Source: an uncultured Verrucomicrobia subdivision 3 bacterium (lineage in GTDB: Bacteria; Verrucomicrobiota; Verrucomicrobiia; Limisphaerales; UBA11358). From it: a DNA stretch of 64,000 nucleotides. Below are positions 46,611 to 55,885 of this stretch, one piece after another (position 1 is the stretch's first letter; each line of letters begins with the position of its first letter). The stretch lies in contig CAIQWB010000114.1 of the NCBI GenBank assembly GCA_903875465.1, forward strand, positions 36,472 through 100,471. Direction: 5' to 3'. A program made the position numbers and the translations under genes. The notes under the pieces are model-generated. The model did no database searches. It was not told the DNA's origin and worked only from the letters and a program-made list of their open reading frames with translations.

Positions 46611-49600
46611 ATGAAAAACCCAACCCAACCCAACCCTTTATTTGCCCGCAAACACCGGCCACTCCTGCAAACGGTCGCCGGTCTGGCTCTGGCCTGGCTC
46701 GGCCTGCAACAGATTGGTGCCCAGGCGACCCTGCCCTTTTACGAACCCTTTCCCGGCACTTACGTCAACGGCGAGTTCTTGGGCAGCTACACCGCCTCGG
46801 GGAGCACCAGCGGCGGCACCAGCGGGATTATTTGGAATATTGGCAACAGTCTCAGCAGTTCCTGCGCCCGGGTCCAAAGTTATGCGGCCCTGCAATATCC
46901 CAGCCTGGTTAACACCGATGCCACCGCCCAATCCTACGGCTTGGTTTCTTATTACAAGGATACGAGTTCCACAAAGGATCGTGGAGCCACCCTGGCGATC
47001 ACGGCGGGACAAACCTTGTATGCCTCGTGCCTGATTAATGTGCAATATTACACAAACACGGCCGCCTACCCGGAGCCGTTTTTGGGTTTGGGGCCCGGCA
47101 CCACTATCAACCAAAGCGGCGCGGTGGCTTACTTCAACGCCAGCGGCCAGTTGCTGGTGGCCAAAAACTCGCTGACCCCGGCAACCAACACCACCTATTC
47201 CATGACCACCTCCAACACGCATTTGGTGGTGTTGCGTTATAAATACAACCCTGGAGCACCGGATGAAGTGGCTTTGTGGCTGGACCCGACCGCCCTGGGG
47301 AACAACAGCCTGGTGCCGCCGCCGAACATCAGCACGACCAACAACGCCAACGTGCCATCCTTTGGCAACGTGGCTTATTTTCAACTGGCCAACCCCTCGG
47401 TTTTCTTTCTGGATGAAATCCGGGTGGGTTATAACTGGTCCGACGTAACGCCAACGAATGCAGCCCCCGGCAAAATCTACGCTGTGTCTGGTGGTGGTTC
47501 CGGCTGCGCGGGTGACAGTTTCGCGATTAATTTGAGCGGCTCGGATGCCGGGTTGACTTACAACCTCTACACCAACGGCGTCTTCAACGGGACGAGTCTG
47601 GCCGGCACGGGCTCGGCCATATCCTTTACCGGCCAGAATGCCACCGCGCTTTACACAGTGCTCGCGACCAACACCACCTCCGGTGGATCCGCTTGGATGA
47701 GCGGCAACGCCACCATCAGCGTTTTGGCCCTGCCAAACATTGCCACGCAACCCGCCTCGGTGGTGGTGGCAACGAATGGCCTAGCGGCCATGACGGTCTA
47801 CTCATCGGGCAGTGGCCTCAACTACCAATGGTACCGTAATGGGGTGGCCCTGACGGATGGCGGCCACATTTCGGGCTCCCAAACCGCCACCCTGGTGATT
47901 TCGCCAGCCACCGTTGCTGATGCCGCCACCAAGGCCAAAGGTTATTTTGTCATTGTCGCGAATCGTTGCGGGAATGGCGTGGTTTCGATCACCAACTCCC
48001 TGACCCTGGACGCGGCCGCCAATTTGGTCTGGTACGGCGATGGCATTTCCAATCTCTGGGATTTGGCCAGCTCCACCAACTGGAATTTCAATCCCGCTCT
48101 GGGGTATGGCACGAACGTGTTTAATTACGGTGATAATGTGACCTTGGACGACTCCTCGCCCTATCCCACGGTGATTTTGACCAATGCCAATTTGAGCCCT
48201 GCCCTGCTCAAGGTGGACGGCACCCAGAATTATTCGCTCACCGGGGGGACTTTGACCGGACCCGGCTCCATCTTGATGAACAGTGTGGGCAGCCTGAGCC
48301 TGAACATAGCCAACAATCAAACCGGCGGCATCGTAATCAGCAATGGGATCGTGTCCATCAATTCCCCGGTCGCTCTGGGCTTTGGTCCGGTCACCCTGGC
48401 GGGCGGTCAACTGAACGAGCCCGGAACCGGCTTGATCACGATTACTAACTCGCTTGTGGTAACGGGCGACGGCAGCGTCCTCGGAATTAACAGCCCCGGC
48501 GGCCAACCCTTGGTCCTCACCGCCCCGCCTGCTGGTCTGGGCGGATCATTGACCCTGCAAAATATCACCACCAAGAACGCCTCCACTGCGTATGCTGAGT
48601 TCACCGCCCCCAGCTTCACCTTCAACTTGCCCCTGAATCTCATTAACGGTGGCGGCACCATGTTACTGGGTGGATTCAACATCAGCGGAACCCAAATGTG
48701 GAATGGCATCATCGCGGGCACGGGGATGGTTTGGCGAAATGCGGGTGGCGGAACCACCCTGTTGAACAACACCAACACCTATTCCGGGATTACCAAACTC
48801 TCGAACGGGAGCATTGGCGTGGGTGCCAGCAGCGTGGCGAGCACGCCGCCCACGATTGATGCCGGGCCGCTGGGCACCAGTTCGCTGATCATTGACACGG
48901 GGGCTGCCACCATGGCTTTGTTTGCCTCGGGCGGGGCGCAGACGGTCGCCAACCCCATCAGCTACAGTACCAATCTCCTGGGCTCACCACTCATTATCGG
49001 CGGGGCCAACAACTTGACGCTCGCGGGCGTCCTGGACTTGAGCGGCACCAACCGGGTGATCCAAGTGAACAACACCGCCGACACGATTTTGTCGGGCGAC
49101 ATCACGGACTATAACCAGACACTGGGGGCCAGTACCGTGAATGGATTATCCAAAACTGGCACAGGCCGCCTTTATGTGGATGGAATTAATGACTTTACGG
49201 GGACCCTGACCAATAGCGCAGGTCTGTTGGCGGGCAGTGGCACCGTGGCCGGGCCGGTGGTGGTGTTGGCTGGTGCCACCCTTGGCGCGGGCGATAACGG
49301 TCTGATTCCCGGCACGATCACCTTGAACGGGGGTCTGACGTTGGGTGGCAACGGTTTCTTCCGCGTCAACAAATCCCTGGCGCACTCCAACGACCTGGTG
49401 GCGGTCACCGGCGGGTTGGCTAACACCGGAACCGGCACGATCACCATCACCAACGTCGGCCCCGCTCTGAAGGTCGGTGACGCCTTCACGCTGTTCAGCG
49501 CCCTCGTCGCAGGGGGGAACGCTTTGACCGTGAGCGGCGCGGGCGTCACGTGGAACAACCATCTGTCCGCCGATGGCGGCGTCACCGTGTCCGGCATCAT

Positions 49601-49841
49601 TTCGAGCGCGCCGCCCGTGTTTTTGGGGACGGTTGTCAGTGGCAACAACTTGGTTTCAAGCGTGAGTAATGGTGCTGCGGGCAGCACCTACTATGTGCTG
49701 GCCACCACCAACCTGGCGCTGCCGCTGGCAAATTGGACGCGAGTGGCAACCAATGTCTATCCGGGGGGGGTGTTTTATCTCACCAACACCATCAATTCCG
49801 GGGTAGCCAACCGGTTCTACATTCTCTCACCCACTCCTTAA
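46611..49841 (+). CDS. Giant secreted protein with an N-terminal beta-sandwich, Ig-like domains and autotransporter-associated beta-strand repeats, ending in an ...FYIL module
   Basis: Signal peptide region LLQTVAGLALAWLGLQQIGAQA. Ig-like ITQPASVVVATNGLAAMTVYSSGSGLNYQWYRNGVAL. Repeated G(T/S)L(T/S)L...NTYSG(I/T)T motifs typical of PF12951-type repeats. Confidence 0.8.
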   Translation: MKNPTQPNPLFARKHRPLLQTVAGLALAWLGLQQIGAQATLPFYEPFPGTYVNGEFLGSYTASGSTSGGTSGIIWNIGNSLSSSCARVQSYAALQYPSLVNTDATAQSYGLVSYYKDTSSTKDRGATLAITAGQTLYASCLINVQYYTNTAAYPEPFLGLGPGTTINQSGAVAYFNASGQLLVAKNSLTPATNTTYSMTTSNTHLVVLRYKYNPGAPDEVALWLDPTALGNNSLVPPPNISTTNNANVPSFGNVAYFQLANPSVFFLDEIRVGYNWSDVTPTNAAPGKIYAVSGGGSGCAGDSFAINLSGSDAGLTYNLYTNGVFNGTSLAGTGSAISFTGQNATALYTVLATNTTSGGSAWMSGNATISVLALPNIATQPASVVVATNGLAAMTVYSSGSGLNYQWYRNGVALTDGGHISGSQTATLVISPATVADAATKAKGYFVIVANRCGNGVVSITNSLTLDAAANLVWYGDGISNLWDLASSTNWNFNPALGYGTNVFNYGDNVTLDDSSPYPTVILTNANLSPALLKVDGTQNYSLTGGTLTGPGSILMNSVGSLSLNIANNQTGGIVISNGIVSINSPVALGFGPVTLAGGQLNEPGTGLITITNSLVVTGDGSVLGINSPGGQPLVLTAPPAGLGGSLTLQNITTKNASTAYAEFTAPSFTFNLPLNLINGGGTMLLGGFNISGTQMWNGIIAGTGMVWRNAGGGTTLLNNTNTYSGITKLSNGSIGVGASSVASTPPTIDAGPLGTSSLIIDTGAATMALFASGGAQTVANPISYSTNLLGSPLIIGGANNLTLAGVLDLSGTNRVIQVNNTADTILSGDITDYNQTLGASTVNGLSKTGTGRLYVDGINDFTGTLTNSAGLLAGSGTVAGPVVVLAGATLGAGDNGLIPGTITLNGGLTLGGNGFFRVNKSLAHSNDLVAVTGGLANTGTGTITITNVGPALKVGDAFTLFSALVAGGNALTVSGAGVTWNNHLSADGGVTVSGIISSAPPVFLGTVVSGNNLVSSVSNGAAGSTYYVLATTNLALPLANWTRVATNVYPGGVFYLTNTINSGVANRFYILSPTP

Positions 49842-49877
49842 ATAGTAGCCCAGGAATATTCCAAGATTAAATCCATA

Positions 49878-49914
49878 AAAACCTGGTACCTTGAAAAGGG
49901 TGCCAGGTTTTTTT
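49878..49914 (+). terminator. Rho-independent terminator after the giant protein gene
   Basis: Stem aacctggtacc/ggtgccaggtt (one G-U pair) with loop ttgaaaa, followed by ttttttt. Confidence 0.65.
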
Positions 49915-49994
49915 GCAAGGATGGTATGGTGGCTTCGGGATGCGTTCCCCCTGGCAGGCCAAGTCACCACAAATGGAATGCAAAACCCTCACAA

Positions 49995-50037
49995 GCATTG
50001 CATTTGCAATGCGTATTTATTTTAAAATTGCAATGCG
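49995..50037. promoter_or_regulatory. Candidate operator: 8-bp inverted repeat GCATTGCA-tt-TGCAATGC plus a third TTGCAATGCG copy
   Basis: Read directly: gcattgca tt tgcaatgc at 49995-50012 and ttgcaatgcg at 50028-50037. They sit in an AT-rich stretch about 130-170 bp upstream of the PEP-CTERM gene. Confidence 0.35.
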
Positions 50038-50103
50038 AATAACAACGAGGGCCGCTTTGGCTTAAAAACCGTGAAAATCTGAAGAAAACGAGCCTTGTTC
50101 AGT

Positions 50104-50119
50104 TGGCATGGGACCTGCT
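50104..50119 (+). promoter_or_regulatory. Possible sigma-54 promoter upstream of the PEP-CTERM gene
   Basis: TGGCAT-gggac-CTGCT with consensus GG/GC spacing, about 47 nt upstream of the ATG at 50166. The -12 element is imperfect (CTGC instead of TTGC). Confidence 0.4.
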
Positions 50120-50165
50120 AGATAGTTCAGCAAGTAAGTAAACAATTTTAAAAAAACAAAACAAT

Positions 50166-51044
50166 ATGAAAAACTTGATCGCCATTTCCGCCCTGACCGT
50201 GCTGGCACTGAGCAGCCACGCCCAGACTGCCGACCCCTACCAATCCAAAGCCGCACCATACAGCCTGCCTACCGCTGGCACAGTGATGCAAGCGGGCTCT
50301 GATGCCGCCTCCAAAAACTTTGATGCGAATGTTTTGCCCCAGGCGCTGGAATTCATCAAGAGCGCATTCCCAGAATCCCATAATAATACCAAGAGCAGCG
50401 GTTTTGAGATTGATCCCAGCAAAATAGTCCTGGCCACCGCCCAGGATGTGACCGCGACCTTTATTTACGAAGGTGCGGCTTACCACAATTCGATTGGTTT
50501 TGATGCCCTGGCCCCGGGTAAATCCGACCCTTCGAGCAGTTGGGACTTGGTCAAAGATCCCAACTCCAAATTGATTTTCCCCGATGCCTCCAGCAGTGCG
50601 AGTGGTTACAATGATTGGGGCTCGGTGGCGGGCGTGCGCAGTCCGGCGGAGCCTTTATTGCCCGGTGATTTTACGGATATCGGCAAATTCATCAAAGGCA
50701 CCAAACTCGACTTTTTCCTGCTGGCCAACGGCGCTCAAAATTATTGGGCCTCCACTTTCTCAACGCAGGAATCGTTGAACTCGGACGGCTTCACCCAGCA
50801 CGTGGCGGGCTTCACCACACACCTTTTCGCCGTGCCGCAGCTCAACAGCCCCTATTTGTTCCTGTCCTTTGAAGATTTGTGGGGCGGTGGAGACCATGAC
50901 ATTAATGACACGATCATCGCCATTAATGTGGGAACGGCCACGGTGAACAGCCTGCTGGCCACCCCTGAACCCACCATGGCGGCCTCACTGGCTGGTTTCC
51001 TCGCTTTGGCCTTTGTGGCCGGCCGCAAGAAATTGATGGCTTAA
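50166..51044 (+). CDS. PEP-CTERM sorting-domain protein with a DUF4114-like domain
   Basis: Signal peptide MKNLIAISALTVLALSSHAQ. FLSFEDLWGGGDHDINDTIIAI (DUF4114-like). C-terminal TPEP-TMAASLAGFLALAFVAG-RKK, the PEP motif plus TM plus basic tail. Confidence 0.85.
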   Translation: MKNLIAISALTVLALSSHAQTADPYQSKAAPYSLPTAGTVMQAGSDAASKNFDANVLPQALEFIKSAFPESHNNTKSSGFEIDPSKIVLATAQDVTATFIYEGAAYHNSIGFDALAPGKSDPSSSWDLVKDPNSKLIFPDASSSASGYNDWGSVAGVRSPAEPLLPGDFTDIGKFIKGTKLDFFLLANGAQNYWASTFSTQESLNSDGFTQHVAGFTTHLFAVPQLNSPYLFLSFEDLWGGGDHDINDTIIAINVGTATVNSLLATPEPTMAASLAGFLALAFVAGRKKLMA

Positions 51045-51062
51045 ACCCTGGGTTAAATAATT

Positions 51063-51098
51063 AAAACCGGCGGATTTGAAAGAATCCGCCGGTTTTTT
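51063..51098. terminator. Bidirectional Rho-independent terminator between convergent genes
   Basis: aaaa-ccggcggatt-tgaaag-aatccgccgg-tttttt. The 10-bp stem is perfect, with an A-run on one side and a T-run on the other. Confidence 0.75.
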
Positions 51099-51828
51099 AT
51101 TTATCGAAAAACTGTACCTGGCCGGTTTTCAAATCATACATCCCGCCCACCAAGGCAATTTGGCCTTGATCAAGCATTTCTCGCAAAATGGGGCTGCGTT
51201 CGCGAATTGCCTGCTCCACTAAACGCACATTCGCGGCGGAAACCTGGTCGACAAAGGCGTAATTTTTCGAGGTGCGGGGTTGCACCGCATCGGGCACGGT
51301 GTCCACGGCCGGTTTGATTTTGCCGAGCAGCCCGGTGAGATTTCCCAATTCAACATTGTCCACCGCCCCTTTGATGGCCCCGCAGTTGGAATGTCCGATC
51401 ACGGCGATGAGTTTCGCTCCCGAGGCTTTGCAGGCAAACTCCAGACTGCCGAGGATGTCGTCGTTGAGCACATTGCCGGCCACCCGGGCGCTAAACAGAT
51501 CCCCAATCCCCTGATCAAACACCATTTCCACCGGTTGGCGTGAATCCAGGCAACTCAAGACGACGGCAAAGGGATACTGGCCGGAAGCGGTGGCGGTCAC
51601 TTCCTGTGGCAAATGCCGAACCAGCGGCTGGCCGGCAACAAAGCGAGCATTACCCGCGCGCAATTCTGCCAGTGCTTGGGCCGGGGTCATCGCCGCCTGC
51701 ACCGCCTGGGTTGGCGGCGGTGGGGCAAGCGGGCTGAGGGACTTCTGGCAGGAAGGGGAGGCACAACCGGCCAGCAGTGCCAGGGTGCTTAAAAGCGAGA
51801 GATTCAACAGAGTTGGTTGGGGTTTCAT
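51097..51828 (-). CDS. Beta-class carbonic anhydrase, probable lipoprotein
   Basis: Lipobox LALLAGC. Zinc ligand contexts VLSCLDSRQPVE and VIGHSNCGAIKGA. Confidence 0.92.
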   Translation of the reverse strand: MKPQPTLLNLSLLSTLALLAGCASPSCQKSLSPLAPPPPTQAVQAAMTPAQALAELRAGNARFVAGQPLVRHLPQEVTATASGQYPFAVVLSCLDSRQPVEMVFDQGIGDLFSARVAGNVLNDDILGSLEFACKASGAKLIAVIGHSNCGAIKGAVDNVELGNLTGLLGKIKPAVDTVPDAVQPRTSKNYAFVDQVSAANVRLVEQAIRERSPILREMLDQGQIALVGGMYDLKTGQVQFFDK

Positions 51829-51956
51829 AACTGGTGGGCCGATTTTAAGCAGGGGCGGGAAATTGTAAAGCGCGGGCTGGGCGCTTTGGTCAAGCGATAA
51901 TGCCAGTGGCGGCTAATTTCACTTGCAGAGTCACCGCCATGGGGAATGGTGCTATC

Positions 51957-54014
51957 ATGCAACCAAAATTGTGGCTCCAACTGGGACTTTTGCTGGCTCT
52001 GCTGATGCCCGGCAGCCATGCTGCGTCCGCCCAACCGGCCTTGGGCGACGCGCCGTTGCCCCCTGCAGATGTTTCGGGTTTGCCCGGCCGCAGGGCGCGT
52101 CCGTTACTGGTTACGGGGGGGCTCAATGTGAATCCCAATTCACGCGAGGAAGTGCGGGGATTTTACAATGGGGTTTTTCTGGCCTCCGCGGGCATTCCGA
52201 TCGGCTCCACCGCCGTGACCGCCCAGTGCCTGCCGGGCACGAATTCCCCGGCGTTTATGAATGCCACCTTGCTGCGCATCAACTGGTTTCGCGCCATGGG
52301 GGGCCTCGCCGCCAGCATAACGTTTGACGCAGGCGAAAGCACCAAAGACCAGGCCGCCGCCGTCATGATGGCCGAACATGGAGCCTTGCAACATGTCGGG
52401 GTCTGGACGAATTGGGATTGCTTCACCATCGCCGCCACCAACGCCTCCGCCAATTCCAATCTGGCCTTGGGCAGTGATGGCCCGGACTCCATCACCCAAT
52501 ACATGCTGGATTTCGGGGCCAATAATTATGAAGTTGGCCACCGGCGCTATATTTTGTATCCCCAAACCCAAATCATGGGCACGGGTGATGTCCCAGCGGA
52601 AAACACCAATTATGCCACCAATGCCACCTGGGTGTTTGACGCCAACTTTTTTGGTCCACGGCCGCCCACGCGCACCCCTTACGTTTCCTGGCCGCCCGCC
52701 GGCTATGTGCCGTGCCAAGTGGTTTACCCCCAGTGGTCCTTTGCCCTGTCCAATGCCGATTTGAGTGCCGCCACGGTAAGCATGGCCAGCAATGGCGTGC
52801 GGATGGCAGTGACGCTGCAACCGTATTTGCTTAATTATGGCGAAAACACCCTGGCTTGGCATCCGTCCGGTCTGGATCCTACTGTAAGCACCACCGTGTT
52901 TCCCTTCAGCGGCACAGACACTGTTTACTCCATCACCATTAGCAATGTGGTGACGGCCAGTGGGACAAATAGTTTCTCCTATGGCGTCACGGTGTTTGAC
53001 CCGGCCACCGCCGGACCGGATTATTTCCCACTGGTGATCTTCGGGACTAATCAGCCCGTCATTAGTCTTGCCAATCATTATAGCTGCACGCCGGCCGGCA
53101 ATCCCAATACGACCAGTTACCAATGGCTCACCGCGCAGGCCACCAATGGCAACCTGGTGGACAATGCCCTGAATGGGACCACGAATTTCACCATTTCACC
53201 GGCCCCCGTTTATCCGCTTATTATCACACCGCCAGTGGGTTCAGGTGCCTGCTTTCACCTGGCCCACACCAACCCAATTGCCCAAGTAATGCAATTGAAC
53301 CAGATCTTTTTTCCCGCCACCAATACCACACTCAGCTTCAAGAGCTTGCTGGGGTACGCCAGTCCTTTTGAGGTGGCGCGGGTACAGGTGGCACCCTGGG
53401 GTGGCACCAACTGGCAGGATCTGTACACCGATACGGGCACCAATGGAGCCGGGGAATCGGCTTTCACACAGCACAGCCTTTCCCTGTCCCATTATGCGGG
53501 CCAGGCCATAGGGTTACGCTTCAACTATGATCTGGTGCCTGTGAATGGTCAGTATACCTATTTTCCCTATGCTTATCCCAACGTGGGGTGGTGCCTGGAA
53601 AACATTATGGTGACGAACAGCCAGCAGTTATTAAATGCCACCACCAATGCCACCGCTTCAACCAATTTCACCTTCAGCCCCCTGCAAACCGGTAATTATA
53701 TCCTGCAAGCCCAGGGGATGATTTTCAACAGCTTCCTGCTGGATTGGGGCACCATCAAACAGGTCACAGCCATGCTCGGCCCGCCGGTCATCACCCTGAA
53801 CGCACCCGCCCTCACCAACAACCAAGTGAAAATCAAATTCACCCTCGCCTCTGGGGTGGCGACCAATTTTCACCTATTACAGGCCAACCAGCTTAATGGC
53901 GTGTGGACCACCAACGTCACGGCCATCCTCACCACCAACACGCCTGGCAGCATATTTCAATTCACCACGACCAACGGCTCGGCCATGCGGTACTACCGGG
54001 TGCAGACGCCCTAA
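51957..54014 (+). CDS. Secreted CAP/SCP (PR-1-like) domain protein with a long beta-rich C-terminal region ending in an ...YYRV module
   Basis: The ATG at 51957 gives MQPKLWLQLGLLLALLMPGSHAASAQ. CAP-like region: LLRINWFRAMGGL...AAAVMMAEHGALQH...NYEVGHRRYILYP. Confidence 0.7.
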   Translation: MQPKLWLQLGLLLALLMPGSHAASAQPALGDAPLPPADVSGLPGRRARPLLVTGGLNVNPNSREEVRGFYNGVFLASAGIPIGSTAVTAQCLPGTNSPAFMNATLLRINWFRAMGGLAASITFDAGESTKDQAAAVMMAEHGALQHVGVWTNWDCFTIAATNASANSNLALGSDGPDSITQYMLDFGANNYEVGHRRYILYPQTQIMGTGDVPAENTNYATNATWVFDANFFGPRPPTRTPYVSWPPAGYVPCQVVYPQWSFALSNADLSAATVSMASNGVRMAVTLQPYLLNYGENTLAWHPSGLDPTVSTTVFPFSGTDTVYSITISNVVTASGTNSFSYGVTVFDPATAGPDYFPLVIFGTNQPVISLANHYSCTPAGNPNTTSYQWLTAQATNGNLVDNALNGTTNFTISPAPVYPLIITPPVGSGACFHLAHTNPIAQVMQLNQIFFPATNTTLSFKSLLGYASPFEVARVQVAPWGGTNWQDLYTDTGTNGAGESAFTQHSLSLSHYAGQAIGLRFNYDLVPVNGQYTYFPYAYPNVGWCLENIMVTNSQQLLNATTNATASTNFTFSPLQTGNYILQAQGMIFNSFLLDWGTIKQVTAMLGPPVITLNAPALTNNQVKIKFTLASGVATNFHLLQANQLNGVWTTNVTAILTTNTPGSIFQFTTTNGSAMRYYRVQTP

Positions 54015-54025
54015 GCCGGCCGGCT

Positions 54026-55885
54026 TCAATGCGCGCTCACAAATTCCTGGTGCAACCGTGCGTAGACCCCGCCCGCCTGCATGAGCGAGACATGGGTGCC
54101 CCGCTCCACGATCCGCCCCTGGTCCAATACCAATACCAGATCGGCGGAACGAATGGTGCTTAGGCGATGGGCCACGATAAAGGCCGTGCGCCCGCGCAGG
54201 AGGATTTCCAAAGCCCGTTGCAGCCGCGCCTCGGTCACTGAATCAATGGCACTCGTCGCCTCGTCCAGCAACACGATGCGCGGGTTTGCGAGCATGGCCC
54301 GCGCAAAGCAGATCAACTGCCGTTGACCGAAGGACAAGGAGGTGCCCCGCTCCGCCACCCGCGTGTGCAACCCCTCGGGCAGCGCCGCGAGCAGGTCCGG
54401 ACAATCCAACGACTCCAGGCAGGCCAGCACTTCCGCCTCCGTCGCTGCCGGTCGGGCAAAGCGGATGTTGTCCAGCACGGAACCAGAAAACAGGAAATTG
54501 TTCTGCTGCACGCTGCCCATTTGCCCGCGCAGGGAATCACTCGTGATTTCTGCCAAATCCACACCGTCCACGCGCACACAGCCGGCCGTGGGCAGGTAAA
54601 ACTTTTGCAGCAGGCCCACCAGGGTGGTCTTGCCGCTGCCAGTCTGCCCCACCAGGGCCACCGTCTGACCCGGCTCGGCCACGAGGGAAATATCCTGCAG
54701 CACGGGCCGGCCGGTTTGATAGGCGAAATTCACCCCGGCAAATTCCACCCGTCCCTGGATGGCGGACAGGGGTTTGGCCCCGGGCGCATCGGCCCACTCG
54801 GGGGGTTGATCCAGCAACCGAAAAAACCGCTCGGCCCCGGCCATGGCCATCAGGGCTTGGTTCAATTGGTTGCCAATGACCTGGACCGGTTCAAAAAACA
54901 GGTTGGCCAGGAAAAAGAACATCACCAGGTCACCCGGCTCCATGTGCAGCCAGCCGTGCCAGCGCAGCGCCCCAAATGCCCCCAGCAGCGCCATGGCTCC
55001 CAGAAACACCTGGCTTTTGAGTTGCAGCAGCGGGACAAACACGGCCGAGGTCTGGGCCATCACCACGTTGTTCTCCCCATGGGCATCAATGAGCTTTTGG
55101 AAGAACTCTGCGTTGACCTCCTGGCGGACAAAGGCCTGGGTCACCCGGATGCCACTCACCGATTCCGCGAGTGTCGAGGATACCCGGCTCCAGGATTCCT
55201 GCGTTTTGCGCATCCGGCGGCTCGTCTCGCTCTGGAATTTTTTGTTCACCAGCCAGATGAAGGGGGCCATGATGACCATGAGCGAGAAAAGTTTCCAGTC
55301 GTACCAGGCCATGAGGGCGGCGGCGGTCGCCATTTGCAACCCCTGCACCACCAGGACAAACATCACGTCCTGCACCCCGGTGCGCACGCTGTCGATGTCC
55401 GAAGTCATCCGGCTGATGATGCGGCCGAATTTGGTGGTGTTAAAAAATGCCATGGGCATGGTCATCAGTTTGCGCACCAGTTCCAGCCGCATGTCATGCA
55501 CCACCGCCTCGCCCAGTTCGAGCGCAAAGCGCTGGCGAAAATGAAAGGACCCCACCGTGACCAGCGCCAGCGTGAAATAACCAGCCGCCGACCAATAAAT
55601 TCCCGTCAACTCCCGGCCCGCAATGGGCCCGTTGATCGTGCGGCCGATCAGCCAGGCGAGCGCGGGCAGTTGCAAACCGCGCAAAAAGGTGAGCAGAAAC
55701 AACCAGTTGCGCTTCGCCGCATAGGGTTTGGTATATTGAAAAATACGCCGGATCAGCCGGGCCTGCAAGGGGGCTTTGTCCGCCTCGCGTTCCTCGTGCG
55801 GATTATAGAAGGTGATCGCGCCGCGCGCGGACACATCGCCTTTGGCGATGCGGCTGCCAGCCGGCGGAGGATTGGGCGCGCTCAC
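54026..55885 (-). CDS. ABC exporter, fused TMD-NBD half transporter (MsbA/type I exporter fold), subunit 2 of a pair
   Basis: Six TM region, then GQTGSGKTT, LSFGQRQLICFARA, VLLDEATSAID. The GTG start overlaps the upstream stop (GTGA). Confidence 0.9.
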   Translation of the reverse strand: MSAPNPPPAGSRIAKGDVSARGAITFYNPHEEREADKAPLQARLIRRIFQYTKPYAAKRNWLFLLTFLRGLQLPALAWLIGRTINGPIAGRELTGIYWSAAGYFTLALVTVGSFHFRQRFALELGEAVVHDMRLELVRKLMTMPMAFFNTTKFGRIISRMTSDIDSVRTGVQDVMFVLVVQGLQMATAAALMAWYDWKLFSLMVIMAPFIWLVNKKFQSETSRRMRKTQESWSRVSSTLAESVSGIRVTQAFVRQEVNAEFFQKLIDAHGENNVVMAQTSAVFVPLLQLKSQVFLGAMALLGAFGALRWHGWLHMEPGDLVMFFFLANLFFEPVQVIGNQLNQALMAMAGAERFFRLLDQPPEWADAPGAKPLSAIQGRVEFAGVNFAYQTGRPVLQDISLVAEPGQTVALVGQTGSGKTTLVGLLQKFYLPTAGCVRVDGVDLAEITSDSLRGQMGSVQQNNFLFSGSVLDNIRFARPAATEAEVLACLESLDCPDLLAALPEGLHTRVAERGTSLSFGQRQLICFARAMLANPRIVLLDEATSAIDSVTEARLQRALEILLRGRTAFIVAHRLSTIRSADLVLVLDQGRIVERGTHVSLMQAGGVYARLHQEFVSAH

